Positions 1 to 10,600 of a DNA stretch of 64,000 bases are shown one piece after another. Below the pieces are notes generated by a model, which searched no databases, was not told the origin of the DNA, and worked only from the letters and a program-made list of their open reading frames with translations. Source of the stretch: Bdellovibrionales bacterium (GTDB lineage Bacteria; Bdellovibrionota; Bdellovibrionia; Bdellovibrionales; UBA1609); assembly GCA_965205645.1 (NCBI GenBank), contig OZ242172.1:120863-184862 (forward strand). Reading direction: 5' to 3'. The position numbers were made by a program, and so were the translations under genes. Within the stretch, counting starts at the first letter, position 1. Every line of letters begins with the position of its first letter.

Positions 1-282
1 ATGTGCTTTGAATATGCTCTACATCCAAGCAAGGAGCAAAATTCACATCTATGCCAAGACCGCTTAATTCCTGATGCAACAAAAAACTTGTCTGTTGCAC
101 TTCTTTCAAAGAAGCCACCTTTGCTAAAAGCTTTGGTGCTGGCCAACAGGGTACATCTAAATGTTTTAATCTATCTACATCCCCTCCTTCCCGATCCATC
201 GCGATCAAAGGGGAAGGATTCAGGTGATGAATTTCCTGGCACAAATCATATAACTGCTGAAGAGAAACAATATTTCTTTTAA
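1..282 (+). pseudogene. possible truncated Hanks-type kinase N-lobe fragment (open to the left window edge, stops before any catalytic loop)
   Basis: 'VALLSKK', 'HLNVLIYLH' and 'DEFPGTNHITAEEKQYFF' line up loosely with 'VVIKVFK', 'HLVKVLAFEY' and 'EHIPGLN..QITAEEKQYI' of the kinase at 53897-55057. About 20 of 24 nt are shared around 'ataac.gc.gaaga.aaacaatat'. The stop at 283 precedes any HGD/DxG motif. Weak call. Confidence 0.25.
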
Positions 283-396
283 ATAAAATCAGGCCGGAAA
301 TTTCTTCCTTTTGTATAAATTTTTTTTCTTCTGCAGAAAGACTTTGTCCTTTGATTCCTATCCATAATAAAGATCCGGGTTTTAACAAAGATGTTT

Positions 397-1254
397 TCAA
401 TGAGCAGGTACCTTTTTTTGTACATGAGGATCAAAATAATCTCTTAAAGATTCTGCGCATAACTGAAAGCCAAGCACAGCCAGACATAAAGCCATTCCGG
501 GAAAAAGACTTAAGTGGGGTGCTTCCATAAGAACTCCCCGACCGGCACTAATCAACCGTCCCCAACTAGGAACTTCCGGCGGTAAACCTAAACCTAAGAA
601 ACTCAGCCCTGCTTCTCCAATCATCACTGCCGCTAAGGAAAAAGCAATATGTACCAACGTCAGCCCTAAAAGATTTGGCCAAATATGAAAGGCTAAAACG
701 CGTATAGAACTAGCTCCATAAGACCAAGCTCCCAGTACATAATCTTCTTTTTTTAGATATAAAATCTCTGCCCGTACCAAACGAGCAAAACTAGACCAGC
801 CAGATAAACACATCGCAAAAATTAAATGATATACACTAGTTCCTAGCATAGCCAGTATCGCCAAAGCTAATAAAAATCGAGGGAAAGCGGATACTAAATC
901 TACCAGACGCATTAACATTTGATCGACGACTCCTCCTTGCAAAGCAGATAGAGAACCGATCACAAGACCCACTAATAAATTAATAAGCACCACGGAAAAA
1001 GCAACGATTAAAGATACCCGTGCACCATAAATCACTTGAGTAAATACATCCATCCCATTTTCATCCAAACCAAAAGGATGCGCAAAGCTGGGAAACTGCA
1101 ATGCCTGGGAAAGATTCATTTTTAAAGAATCATAAGGCCAAATCCAAGGAGCAACAAATGCCGCCAGCGCTAATATACATAACAAAATAAGCCCTAGCTT
1201 CATCCGGCCATTAAATAGATTATTTCGTTTTGACATGCATCTTCCTTTATTCAA
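397..1254 (-). CDS. peptide/nickel ABC transporter permease (DppC/OppC family)
   Basis: Multi-TM 285-aa ORF with 'FVAPWIWPYD', 'HPFGLDENGMDVF' and the permease loop region 'SAFPRFLLALAILAMLG'. It lies directly downstream of the partner permease. Confidence 0.85.
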   Translation of the reverse strand: MNKGRCMSKRNNLFNGRMKLGLILLCILALAAFVAPWIWPYDSLKMNLSQALQFPSFAHPFGLDENGMDVFTQVIYGARVSLIVAFSVVLINLLVGLVIGSLSALQGGVVDQMLMRLVDLVSAFPRFLLALAILAMLGTSVYHLIFAMCLSGWSSFARLVRAEILYLKKEDYVLGAWSYGASSIRVLAFHIWPNLLGLTLVHIAFSLAAVMIGEAGLSFLGLGLPPEVPSWGRLISAGRGVLMEAPHLSLFPGMALCLAVLGFQLCAESLRDYFDPHVQKKVPAH

Positions 1255-1269
1255 CTGTCCATCGCACCA

Positions 1270-2202
1270 TCAGAGCGATCGAATCTGCGGATGTAAATAT
1301 AAATAAACTAAATCAGTAATTAAATTCACTAATATATACACAACTGCGATGAACATCACAGCTGCTTGCACTAAAGGGTAGTCTCTTCGTTGAATGGATT
1401 CCAAAAGTAAAAGTCCAATACCTGGCCAGTCAAAAATGCTTTCCACAATCACTGTGCCTGTTAACAAAGCGGAACTTTGCAAACCAATCACTGTGACAAT
1501 GGAAATCAGTGAATTTTTAAAAGCATGTTTTAAATAGACATCCATAGTGGAAAGCCCTTTAGAGTGTGCAGTGCGAATATAATTTTTGTTAATGACTTCC
1601 AATAAAGCAGCTCGACTGATCTTCAACAGTATAGCACCCAAAGGCAGTGCTAAACTCACCGCTGGCAATATTAAATGTTTCCAGCCGGAGAAGGTACGTA
1701 AGTCACCCATTTCACTGACTGGCAACCAAGATAATTTAATGGCAAAAAACCAAATAAGAAGGGGAGCAACAAAGAAAACGGGAAGAGACATCAACACCAA
1801 AGATAAAGTATTTAAAAAAGCTTCCAGTCGGCCTCTTTTTAACACACAAATAAATCCTGCTGTGACACCCCAGATAACAGCCATTAACAACGCAAAAAAA
1901 GCTAACAAAAAAGTAGCTGGCAATGCCTGTAACAGGTGATGAACGACTGGTTGCCTGGAATGCAGCGAGCGACCTAAATCCCCTTGCAACAAATGCCAAA
2001 AAAACTGGATATATTGCTGACCTAAACTGCGATCCAGACCTAATTCATGCTGCAAACTTAAGCGCTGAGCGGCAGAAGCCTGATCGCCCAGGATTAAATC
2101 CACTGGATCACCTGGAACTGCATGAATCAAAAAGAAACTAAAACTGCATACAGCCAAGAGAGCCACAGCGCTAAAAAGCAAGCGACGAAATAAAGCAGCC
2201 AT
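1270..2202 (-). CDS. peptide/nickel ABC transporter permease (DppB/OppB family)
   Basis: 'AVPGDPVDLILG', 'YIRTAHSKGLS' and 'PLVQAAVMFIAVVYILVNLITDLVY' match the family. The ORF track starts at 2316, but Met39 (ATG at 2202, 'MAALFRRLLF') gives the usual length and removes the overlap with the divergent gene at 2284. Confidence 0.85.
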   Translation of the reverse strand: MAALFRRLLFSAVALLAVCSFSFFLIHAVPGDPVDLILGDQASAAQRLSLQHELGLDRSLGQQYIQFFWHLLQGDLGRSLHSRQPVVHHLLQALPATFLLAFFALLMAVIWGVTAGFICVLKRGRLEAFLNTLSLVLMSLPVFFVAPLLIWFFAIKLSWLPVSEMGDLRTFSGWKHLILPAVSLALPLGAILLKISRAALLEVINKNYIRTAHSKGLSTMDVYLKHAFKNSLISIVTVIGLQSSALLTGTVIVESIFDWPGIGLLLLESIQRRDYPLVQAAVMFIAVVYILVNLITDLVYLYLHPQIRSL

Positions 2203-2283
2203 ATCCAGTGTAGTCTGCCAAACTTTATCAGTTAAAACAAAAACTAATTGTTTGAAACAAACATCTGCTTCTAAAATAGGGAT

Positions 2284-4344
2284 ATGCCAATCACAAGACT
2301 TTTTAAAAGAAAACAAATAAAAGGGCAGTTATCTATTTTTGCCGCTATTATCTTTCAAACTTTATTTGTTTTATTCGCTATGTCTTTAAATATCGCGCTC
2401 GTCGTACATGATAAAATCAATTTACAAAACTCAGTGGATCTAGCGGCCTACTATGGAGCGATGAAACAAGCCGAAGTATTAAACGCTATTGCTCATATTA
2501 ACTATCAAATTCGCCAATCTTGGAAATTAATGGTGTGGAGAAACCGAGTGCTTGGAACCATTGGATCTACTTCTACTAGAGGCTTAAGAACAATATTTCG
2601 CCCTACTGAACCGATTGATAGACAATTCCTACCACATACTTACGAAAGAGCAAGGGGACCTTATGTCACTTGCATAGGCTCTCCTGGATGGACATTATTG
2701 GAAAATGATAACAACATAGCATCATCATCTGGTGATGATAATTATTGTAACCAAATAGAAAATGACCTTCGGTATGTCACTGTCCCTAACTTTACAGGAG
2801 TACTAGGCGGGCTAAGCTCAATTCTACAGGGAATGACCAATAGTGTGATACAGGGAAATAAAAACATACGGCTTCATTGTCAGGCTTATGGTTATAACTC
2901 CTGGTTTTTAGCTTTTTTTTCTGTTGTGTATTTGCAGCGGGATCAAAGTGCCCGGAAAATTTTAATCTACAAGTTAGCTAAAGATCTCTTAAGCCAGGGG
3001 AAAGATTTAGACGGTAAAGAAATTGCAACTGGGGCAAAGAAAACTTTTTCAAAAAATCTCACCTACATTAACGAGCAATCTGCCACAGCAGACAGTCTTC
3101 AAACTTTTAACTCTCTTGCAAATATTCCACCTAATCAATGGCTGGAAGATTATGGCCTGCCAGCATTGCCGCTATACGCCCATATAGATGGTCAGGATAA
3201 GGACAGATGTGAAACATTCATAAGTATGATACACCAAGCTCCAGCGCACTGTAATAACAATTGGAATAATCCTAAATGCCAAAAAGCCAACCAGTTAAAG
3301 GATCAAATACTTTACCGAGATGACACTCCTGATTTGTGTTCTTCTGGGATATGCAAAATGTCTGCCGGCCTTCAAAAAAAGAAAGACTTTATTGTTTTTT
3401 TTGGCGCCTCAGCCACTTTGCAATATCAAAATCAAATTTTTCTGCCAGGAGGATCAATTAAATTAGAAGCTAGAGCTTACGCAAAACCTTTTGGTGGTCG
3501 AATTGGCCCGCCTAGAGGAATAGACAAACTTTTACCTAGCCGGCCTGGTGGAGGCAGTGGAACACAAATTAATGCAGAACAATTTGATGCCCATCATGCA
3601 CCAAACTATTCTCGCTACCCGGGAGATCCTTTTGGCCTGCGGTCTGAATACGTACACTATCTATGGGCGAATTATTTAAATTCACTAGGTTCGCAAAGAA
3701 ATATAAACAATTATCATTTCACACAAAAACAGGAAAACGATCCGGATATTTTAGCTAAAGATCACGATACCGGCAATATTACTAACATAACCGCTCGTTA
3801 CTGGGAACTTGCGGCGATTGCACCGGACTTATTTGATGTGAGTTATTTTACGATTTTGCCTTATTATATGGAGACATATTTTCCAAAAATTAAACGACTC
3901 TTTGGACAAACACCAGGCGGCGTGCGTGGTGACTTAGGCTATGACCCAAGCCAAGGAATTAACTTAGAATGGCAAATAAAAATTGCATGGAATCGGCTAC
4001 GTAATGCAGATACAGAACATAAAATAAAAATCTCTTCGGGAAATCCTTTTTATAACGTAGCTAAGTTAGATCAAATTTTAACCGGCTGGCAGGCGCCCAA
4101 ACAAAAATACGTAGAAAATAGAGAAGAATACAAAGCAACGAACCCTAATCGTTTTCCATTTAGCTGGTGTTATCCTGGCAACTCCGGTAACAATGGTTGG
4201 GCGAGTGGCAGCAGAAAAATTGCGGCAGGTTGTTTTTACGGAGGCCGCACCGGTTATTCTGTTAAAATGGTATCTGCTTGTAGTCTATCTCAAAATGATT
4301 TATCTCGCATCGATTGGTATGATGATTCAGAGTGTTCCATCTAG
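2284..4344 (+). CDS. large TadG-like protein (N-terminal Tad/TadG membrane-anchor motif, rest unrecognised)
   Basis: The N-terminus 'KGQLSIFAAIIFQTLFVLFAMSLNIALVVHDKINLQNSVDLAAYYGA' matches the Tad_N/TadG pattern (hydrophobic anchor followed by LQNxxDxAAxxGA). The remaining ~630 aa have no motif I recognise. Confidence 0.55.
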   Translation: MPITRLFKRKQIKGQLSIFAAIIFQTLFVLFAMSLNIALVVHDKINLQNSVDLAAYYGAMKQAEVLNAIAHINYQIRQSWKLMVWRNRVLGTIGSTSTRGLRTIFRPTEPIDRQFLPHTYERARGPYVTCIGSPGWTLLENDNNIASSSGDDNYCNQIENDLRYVTVPNFTGVLGGLSSILQGMTNSVIQGNKNIRLHCQAYGYNSWFLAFFSVVYLQRDQSARKILIYKLAKDLLSQGKDLDGKEIATGAKKTFSKNLTYINEQSATADSLQTFNSLANIPPNQWLEDYGLPALPLYAHIDGQDKDRCETFISMIHQAPAHCNNNWNNPKCQKANQLKDQILYRDDTPDLCSSGICKMSAGLQKKKDFIVFFGASATLQYQNQIFLPGGSIKLEARAYAKPFGGRIGPPRGIDKLLPSRPGGGSGTQINAEQFDAHHAPNYSRYPGDPFGLRSEYVHYLWANYLNSLGSQRNINNYHFTQKQENDPDILAKDHDTGNITNITARYWELAAIAPDLFDVSYFTILPYYMETYFPKIKRLFGQTPGGVRGDLGYDPSQGINLEWQIKIAWNRLRNADTEHKIKISSGNPFYNVAKLDQILTGWQAPKQKYVENREEYKATNPNRFPFSWCYPGNSGNNGWASGSRKIAAGCFYGGRTGYSVKMVSACSLSQNDLSRIDWYDDSECSI

Positions 4345-4367
4345 AATCGCTTTTCAAAATTCACTAA

Positions 4368-5162
4368 TTATTTTTCCAAGCTGGGGATAATAATAGGCGT
4401 TGGTTCATCATCATCGCTTAACCGCATACTTTCCAAAACGAGAAAAGGAATGAGTACAGAGTTACTATTATTTGCTGTTGCACCAAACGTTTGTAGCAAC
4501 GGAATAAAAATTGGCATCGGTTCAATATCATCGCTTGTAGCTTTTCGTAGATTATTTGTATAAGCCCTCAAATGAATATCGTCCTGATAACTATAGCTCT
4601 TATAAGTACTATTATCATGAAAGGAAAAATAAGACGAATAATGTATATTATTATAAGAAACATAAATCCCAGTGACATCATGGTTTTCTGGATAGCTCAC
4701 TTGTGCCAACATCTTCCCATCATGAGAATTGAACCGCAGGCCATCACAATGAAAAGAAAAATTCAAAAACACTACGACGGGTTTATCTATATTATCTCTT
4801 GTAGAAAAGCATCGTGTAAATATATTACTGGAAGCAATCTGCCACTCCGATTGCTGTGCACTATGAGTATACTTCATTGCAAACTCATTATTATCATCTT
4901 GAGTGACTAACCAACCTTCAGGAGTTCGCATAATAATTAATTGATAGGGCACATTGATCCACCGATTATTACGATGAGCCGTCATCACAACAATCGTATT
5001 TAAACGAGAATCATGCACTTGATCTAAAAGAGAGGATAAATGCGGACTTAAATCCAGGTAAGCACCATCTGATATCTGGCTATTATTAACAGCAGTCGCA
5101 CTGTTTATCGTAACAACAGCTAGTAGAAGTAAAGTATAAATAAATTTCTTAAAATCATTCAT
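4368..5162 (-). CDS. hypothetical secreted protein
   Basis: Signal-peptide-like N-terminus 'MNDFKKFIYTLLLLAVVTINSATA'. No recognisable domain. It follows the regulator gene on the same strand with a 21-nt gap. Confidence 0.5.
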   Translation of the reverse strand: MNDFKKFIYTLLLLAVVTINSATAVNNSQISDGAYLDLSPHLSSLLDQVHDSRLNTIVVMTAHRNNRWINVPYQLIIMRTPEGWLVTQDDNNEFAMKYTHSAQQSEWQIASSNIFTRCFSTRDNIDKPVVVFLNFSFHCDGLRFNSHDGKMLAQVSYPENHDVTGIYVSYNNIHYSSYFSFHDNSTYKSYSYQDDIHLRAYTNNLRKATSDDIEPMPIFIPLLQTFGATANNSNSVLIPFLVLESMRLSDDDEPTPIIIPSLEK

Positions 5163-5183
5163 TGTTTTAACTCACTTATTTGC

Positions 5184-6434
5184 TTATTTAAGCAAAATTT
5201 TCACCCCTTTATCAAAATAGTATCCTTCTTTTTTTCTAAAAATATATTTAGGATTACTATAATCTGGCTCCACCAATTCACGTAATCTTTTAACTGTCAC
5301 ATAAATCTTGTTATCATGAGTGCAAGGATCGTATTTTTGTTTCCACACTTTTTCCACTAATGCTTCTTTAGAGTATACTGTGCCTGGATTAGTCACAAAA
5401 AGCCGTAACATATCCAATAAAATAAACTGATTTTTAAAGTTCACATTCCCTTTTTGTTTTTCTACCAGCAATTTATTATCAAAATTCACTACGATATCGT
5501 AACTAACAATATTCTCTCTTAATTGCTCCAGAGCTTGATCAACGTTCCGGTACAGTTTTTTAAATATATCCTGATGAATGGATTTTTTAGCTAAATTAAG
5601 AAAAATAGAAGCTTGTTCGTAATCTTCTTTTTTCATATAGTTTATGCCCATGAAATAAAATAAATAAGGAGAAAGATGTTTTTTCTCCATACTTTTTTGA
5701 GAAAGCTCATAACAAACCCAGTAGAGTTTTTCTGCAGAATCACATTTCTTTTCTTTCCTTAAAATATTAGCTTTTAAAAGATAATAAGCCAGTTCTAGTT
5801 TTTGTAGATCTTCTTTAACTATCTTCAAAGTCTGTGACAAAGGAAATGTGGCCGTAGATGGTTCCCATCGCTTCAGTTTTAGTTCCGCTTCCAGAGTTTT
5901 ACATTGCTCCAATAGCTGTTCCATATTAGTTAATTCCTGTACAGCCACCGGCATCTGGTTGTCTTCATTGTATAGTAAACTAGTAAACCCATAAGAAATA
6001 AAACACATATTAATTTTAGCGTTTAATAACTGACACGTATTATTATTTTCTTCTGCTATTTTTTGCGCTTGAATGGATTGAGCTAAGCCTTGATTCAAAT
6101 GTTGCTGAGCAACTTCACATTGATTTTGTCTAAAATAGCACATTCCCAAAACATAATGAAAGATTGCTTGATCTCCGCCAGATTCTTTCCGCTTCCATAT
6201 TATATCCACCAAGTCCTTGCGGATTTGATCAATTTCATCAAAATTTTCCATTTCTATATGTATAGCAATCAAAGATACTTGTACTTGAATGTATCTTTTA
6301 TATTGAGCTTCTTTTAGAAAATAATCGCCAGCTGCTTTTAAAGTCTGAACAGATTCTTTTAAATGACCTGCAGCCAGCTGATGACTACCTAATGTAAATA
6401 AATGTTCCGCCTGATTCGTTTCTATCAAATTCAT
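5184..6434 (-). CDS. transcriptional regulator, N-terminal TPR-like helical repeats plus C-terminal OmpR/PhoB-type winged helix
   Basis: The C-terminus 'LLDMLRLFVTNPGTVYSKEALVEKVWKQKYDPCTHDNKIYVTVKRLRELVEPD...YIFRKKEGYYF' fits the Trans_reg_C pattern. The upstream ~300 aa are helical repeat-like. No receiver domain. Confidence 0.65.
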   Translation of the reverse strand: MNLIETNQAEHLFTLGSHQLAAGHLKESVQTLKAAGDYFLKEAQYKRYIQVQVSLIAIHIEMENFDEIDQIRKDLVDIIWKRKESGGDQAIFHYVLGMCYFRQNQCEVAQQHLNQGLAQSIQAQKIAEENNNTCQLLNAKINMCFISYGFTSLLYNEDNQMPVAVQELTNMEQLLEQCKTLEAELKLKRWEPSTATFPLSQTLKIVKEDLQKLELAYYLLKANILRKEKKCDSAEKLYWVCYELSQKSMEKKHLSPYLFYFMGINYMKKEDYEQASIFLNLAKKSIHQDIFKKLYRNVDQALEQLRENIVSYDIVVNFDNKLLVEKQKGNVNFKNQFILLDMLRLFVTNPGTVYSKEALVEKVWKQKYDPCTHDNKIYVTVKRLRELVEPDYSNPKYIFRKKEGYYFDKGVKILLK

Positions 6435-6550
6435 TAAACCCCTCCTGGGCTATCACCTCCAGATCTGGCTGATACGATGTGTAATTGGGCTTAATACTCC
6501 GTGTCAAGAGCTTTGTCTAATTTATTTTGGTAAATGATTAAAAACCAGAC

Positions 6551-8983
6551 TCAGTGTTTTTGCATGGAAGTCTGTCTGGTGTAATGAGCTTTCAATCCGG
6601 ATATCTTTTCAAAACGGCGTTTAAATAGATCCTGAGCGGATTTAATTTCCAGTGCACTCACTAAAATTTGGTCAACATGATGAACAGCAATAATATTTAA
6701 TTTGTTTAAAATTTCTACAGGTATACTTTTCTCTTTATCTTTCAAATCTTTTTCATTTTCTTTAGGAATAATAATGATTTTAATGCCCTCTCGGTGAGCA
6801 GCTAGAATTTTTTCTTTTAACCCGCCAATCGCTAATACACGTCCACGAAGTGTCACTTCTCCAGTCATTGCAATCGTTTTTTTAACAGGAAAACGTGTAA
6901 TAGCAGATACAAGACTAGTAGTGATAGCCACACCGGCAGAAGGCCCATCTTTTGGCACGGCTCCCTCCGGCACGTGGATATGAAAATCATGTTTTTCAAA
7001 AAAATCTATAGGTAATTCAAACAATGGTCCGCGAGATCGTACATAACTTAAAGCCGCTGAACAGGATTCTTTCATTACATCACCTAACTGTCCGGTAAAA
7101 ATAAATTTTCCTCTACCTGGAACAACTGCAGCTTCAATAAACATGAGATCCCCACCAGTTTCTGTCCAAGCTAGCCCACTTGTTAGCCCAATTTCACTTC
7201 GTTTCTCCACTTTTCCATATTTAAATTTCCTTACACCTAGATATTTTTTAATTTTCGCCGGAGAAATAACATAATTCATATACTGACTATCTTTTTTATT
7301 AGCAGACACAATTTCCCTTACCAGCTTTCTACAAACTTTCGCAATTTGCCGTTCTAATTCCCTAACACCAGCCTCTCTTGTATAAAAACGAATAATATTT
7401 CTTAGTATTTCTTTATTAAAAGTTAATTTATATTTACTGATACCGTGTTTTTTAATTTGCTTAGACACAAGGTATTTACTGGCAATATTTAATTTTTCAT
7501 TTTCTGTATATCCTTCAATAGGAATAAGCTCCATTCTATCTAATAGGGGGTAAGGGATATTATGAACAGAATTAGCAGTTGTAATAAATAAAACTTGAGA
7601 TAAATCATAATTAACTTCTAGATAATGATCTTGAAAAGTGTGATTTTGTTCTGGATCTAATACTTCTAAAAGTGCACTGGAAGGATCTCCACGAAAGTTC
7701 GTACTGATTTTATCTATTTCATCTAACAAAAAAAGCGGATTGCCATGCTTCATTTTACGTAAGCATTGAATAATTTTCCCTGGCATCGCACCCACATAAG
7801 TACGTCGATGGCCTCTAATTTCTGCTTCATCCTGCACACCTCCCATAGCCACACGAGTAAAAGGACGCCCTAAAGCGCGGGCAATTGAACGAGCTAGCGA
7901 AGTTTTTCCAACACCTGGAGGTCCAATGAAACACAAAATAGGGCTTTTTGGCCGATCCGTCATTGTTCGCACAGCTAAATATTCTAAAATTCTTTCCTTT
8001 ACTTGTATCAACCCCCAATGATCTTCATTTAAAATCTTTTCAGCAACGACTAGATCTTTTTTTTCTTTAATATAATCCTCCCACGGCAAAGCAATTACCC
8101 AGTCCACATAATTTCTTACGACGGCAGCTTCCGCACTCATGGGAGACATTATCTTTAGTTTTTTTATTTCCCGTTCAACTTTCTCCTTCGCTTCATTAGA
8201 CCATTTCATATTAGCTGCTTTTTTTACAAGATCCTGAATCTCTTTTTGAAAATCATCTTTTTCCCCAAGTTCTTTTTGTATTGCCTGTAATTGTTCATTT
8301 AAATAGTATTCTTTTTGAGAACGTTCCATTTGTTCTTTCACACTGGTTCTTAGTTTTTTTTCTACTTTTAGAATTTCTATTTCTCGCGTAATATGTTTGA
8401 GTACCATCTTAAGCCGTTTCCCAGGATCAAATGTTTCTAGTAGTTTTTGCTGATCCTCCATTTTTAAACTTAATTGAGAAGCAATGTTATCTGCTAACTC
8501 ACTGAAATTTTCTATTGTAGCAACACGAGCTAATACTTCCGGTGGCACTTGTTTATTTAATTTTACATAACTTTCAAAAGAAGAACACACCATACGAGTC
8601 AGTGCATTTGCTTCTGTTTCGTTTTTCATACCTTCTTCAATAAGCTCTGCTTCCACTTGAAAAAATTTGTCTGTTTGAACATATTTCCTAATATGCACCC
8701 TGCCTTTGCCTTCTATAAGCGCTTTCACGGTACCATCAGGTAATCTAAGGTGTTGAATAATTGTCCCCAGAGTTCCTACCAAATGAATATCTGCAGGAAG
8801 GGGATTCACGTTTCTAGCTTCTTTTTGAGCAACTAACACAATATCTGTCTTCTCATCCATCGCCTTTTGGAGCGAATGGATACTTTTTTCACGCCCCACA
8901 AAAAGCGGCATCATCATATGAGGAAAAATCACTAAATCTCTTAGAGAAAGTAAAGGTAGTGTAAGAATATTCGGATTTTTCAT
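6551..8983 (-). CDS. lon: ATP-dependent Lon protease
   Basis: Lon N-domain, Walker A 'GPPGVGKTS', Walker B 'LFLLDEIDK', and protease motifs 'PKDGPSAGV' and '[14 protein letters not shown]'. Confidence 0.97.
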   Translation of the reverse strand: MKNPNILTLPLLSLRDLVIFPHMMMPLFVGREKSIHSLQKAMDEKTDIVLVAQKEARNVNPLPADIHLVGTLGTIIQHLRLPDGTVKALIEGKGRVHIRKYVQTDKFFQVEAELIEEGMKNETEANALTRMVCSSFESYVKLNKQVPPEVLARVATIENFSELADNIASQLSLKMEDQQKLLETFDPGKRLKMVLKHITREIEILKVEKKLRTSVKEQMERSQKEYYLNEQLQAIQKELGEKDDFQKEIQDLVKKAANMKWSNEAKEKVEREIKKLKIMSPMSAEAAVVRNYVDWVIALPWEDYIKEKKDLVVAEKILNEDHWGLIQVKERILEYLAVRTMTDRPKSPILCFIGPPGVGKTSLARSIARALGRPFTRVAMGGVQDEAEIRGHRRTYVGAMPGKIIQCLRKMKHGNPLFLLDEIDKISTNFRGDPSSALLEVLDPEQNHTFQDHYLEVNYDLSQVLFITTANSVHNIPYPLLDRMELIPIEGYTENEKLNIASKYLVSKQIKKHGISKYKLTFNKEILRNIIRFYTREAGVRELERQIAKVCRKLVREIVSANKKDSQYMNYVISPAKIKKYLGVRKFKYGKVEKRSEIGLTSGLAWTETGGDLMFIEAAVVPGRGKFIFTGQLGDVMKESCSAALSYVRSRGPLFELPIDFFEKHDFHIHVPEGAVPKDGPSAGVAITTSLVSAITRFPVKKTIAMTGEVTLRGRVLAIGGLKEKILAAHREGIKIIIIPKENEKDLKDKEKSIPVEILNKLNIIAVHHVDQILVSALEIKSAQDLFKRRFEKISGLKAHYTRQTSMQKH

Positions 8984-9117
8984 TGATTTCCTATTTGCTT
9001 TTCAAGCTTTTCGTATACTCTAACTTTTTTAAATCATTTTTTTAAGATTTTTTTTATATTTCAGGATCTTTTTTTTACAGATGATATTGCAGTTTTTTAT
9101 CCATCATCAATGGAGTT

Positions 9118-10407
9118 TTAAGCAATTCCTGTAGAAGATATAGGTGTTTTATTACTCTTTATTTTCCGGCTATAAACAATATGTGGTTGTTTACGCTCTA
9201 AAATCACATCTTTCGTGATAACACATTTCTGGATAGAAGGATCGGATGGAGCATCATACATAATGGTTAACATAGCTTCTTCAATAACCCCTCTTAAGCC
9301 CCGCGCACCCGTTTTCTTTTGAATAGCTAGCTGCGCGATGGCCTCTAAAGCTGCTGGTTCAAATACAAGGTCCACTCCTACTTGTCGCATTAATTTTTTA
9401 TATTGTTTCACTAATGCATTTTTAGGCTTCTGCAAAATATCCACCAGCGCTCTCTTATCCAATGGATCCAATACAGCCACAACAGGTAGACGACCGATAA
9501 ATTCTGGGATTAAACCGTAACGAAATAAATCACTCGACTCTACTTTTTTCAATAAATTATGTTTGAGATGTATTTTTTCCTTATCTGTTTTGATATCTGC
9601 AGCTATTCCCATCGCTCGGTGAGATATGCGATTTTCTATAATATTTTCCAAGCCAACAAAAGCTCCTCCGACAATAAATAAAATATTGGAAGTATCTACT
9701 TGAATAAATTCCTGTTGTGGATGCTTTCTTCCTCCTTTAGGTGGCAAGTTAGCAACAGTGCCTTCTAGAATTTTTAGCAAAGCCTGTTGTACTCCTTCAC
9801 CACTAACATCCCTTGTAATAGAAGGATTTTCCGATTTACGAGTTATTTTATCTATTTCATCAATATAAATAACCCCTCTTTGGGCTTTCTCCACATCATA
9901 ATTAGCTGCCTGTAGTAAATTCAAAATCACATTTTCCACATCTTCTCCAACATAGCCAGCCTCTGTGAGAGCTGTTGCATCTGACATCGCAAAAGGCACT
10001 TTCAATATACGCGCAATCGTTTGAGCTAAAAGGGTTTTTCCAGAACCAGTCGGTCCAATCAGCAAGACATTGCTTTTAGTAATTTCTACATCTTCTTCAT
10101 CCTTAGAAGTCATACTAATAGAAGATGTATCCACTCGTTTATAGTGATTATACACAGCAACCGACAGGATTTTTTTAGCCAGTTCCTGGCCAATAATATA
10201 ATCATTCAGATGCGCATGAATCTCAGCAGGCGTGGGAATAGTAGGTAAAGGGGATTTACTTTGCGAATGACTCACTTCTTCCGCAATCAGTTGAACACAT
10301 AAATTAACACATTCATTACAAATACAAACCCCATCTCCAGAAATAAGATTTGCAACTTCTTTTTTATTTTTTTGACAAAAACTACAACTATACTTTTGTG
10401 TGCTCAT
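9118..10407 (-). CDS. clpX: ATP-dependent Clp protease ATP-binding subunit ClpX
   Basis: Zinc ribbon 'CSFCQK...CICNEC', Walker A 'GPTGSGKT', 'IYIDEIDK', 'GARGLR'. Confidence 0.97.
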   Translation of the reverse strand: MSTQKYSCSFCQKNKKEVANLISGDGVCICNECVNLCVQLIAEEVSHSQSKSPLPTIPTPAEIHAHLNDYIIGQELAKKILSVAVYNHYKRVDTSSISMTSKDEEDVEITKSNVLLIGPTGSGKTLLAQTIARILKVPFAMSDATALTEAGYVGEDVENVILNLLQAANYDVEKAQRGVIYIDEIDKITRKSENPSITRDVSGEGVQQALLKILEGTVANLPPKGGRKHPQQEFIQVDTSNILFIVGGAFVGLENIIENRISHRAMGIAADIKTDKEKIHLKHNLLKKVESSDLFRYGLIPEFIGRLPVVAVLDPLDKRALVDILQKPKNALVKQYKKLMRQVGVDLVFEPAALEAIAQLAIQKKTGARGLRGVIEEAMLTIMYDAPSDPSIQKCVITKDVILERKQPHIVYSRKIKSNKTPISSTGIA

Positions 10408-10600
10408 ATATTCACTTTCTTTCGACTGGACACAATATAATCCACTAAGTAAAAAGTCAAAACCCTCTTTGCACTTATTGGATAATATCTTTTCATCCTT
10501 CCCATAGTTTTGTTCCTGTCTTTATATGTCTCTAACCTAAGCATGACAATATACCATTTTTAGTCCCTACGAATAAATATCGTAGCTTCTTTCCTCTCAT
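10404..10600 (-). pseudogene. clpP: internally deleted clpP relic whose stop still overlaps the clpX start codon
   Basis: Minus-strand translation gives 'EERSYDIYS*' (intact ClpP: 'GERSYDIYSRLL'). After a frame change it gives '[35 protein letters not shown]' (intact ClpP: '[34 protein letters not shown]'). The TGA at 10406-10404 overlaps the clpX ATG (ATATGA). The catalytic core (~130 codons) is missing. Confidence 0.75.

Noticed and set aside
181-225. Small hairpin 'ccttccc-N18-gggaagg' inside the left-edge ORF
   Set aside because: It is a single 7-bp stem with no second copy in the window and is unrelated to the dispersed repeat family. There is not enough to call a feature.
231-250. 'TGGCAC' hits (also at 13309 and 28344) as sigma-54 promoter candidates
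   Set aside because: None has the TTGC element at the correct 5-nt spacing, and two are inside coding sequence on the wrong strand.
1586-2141. Plus-strand ORFs 1586-1939 and 1923-2141, and the minus-strand ORF 1736-1999, inside the permease gene
   Set aside because: They lie antisense or out of frame within a well-supported DppB-like CDS. The products are Lys/Asn/Thr-rich with no motifs, which is typical of shadow ORFs.
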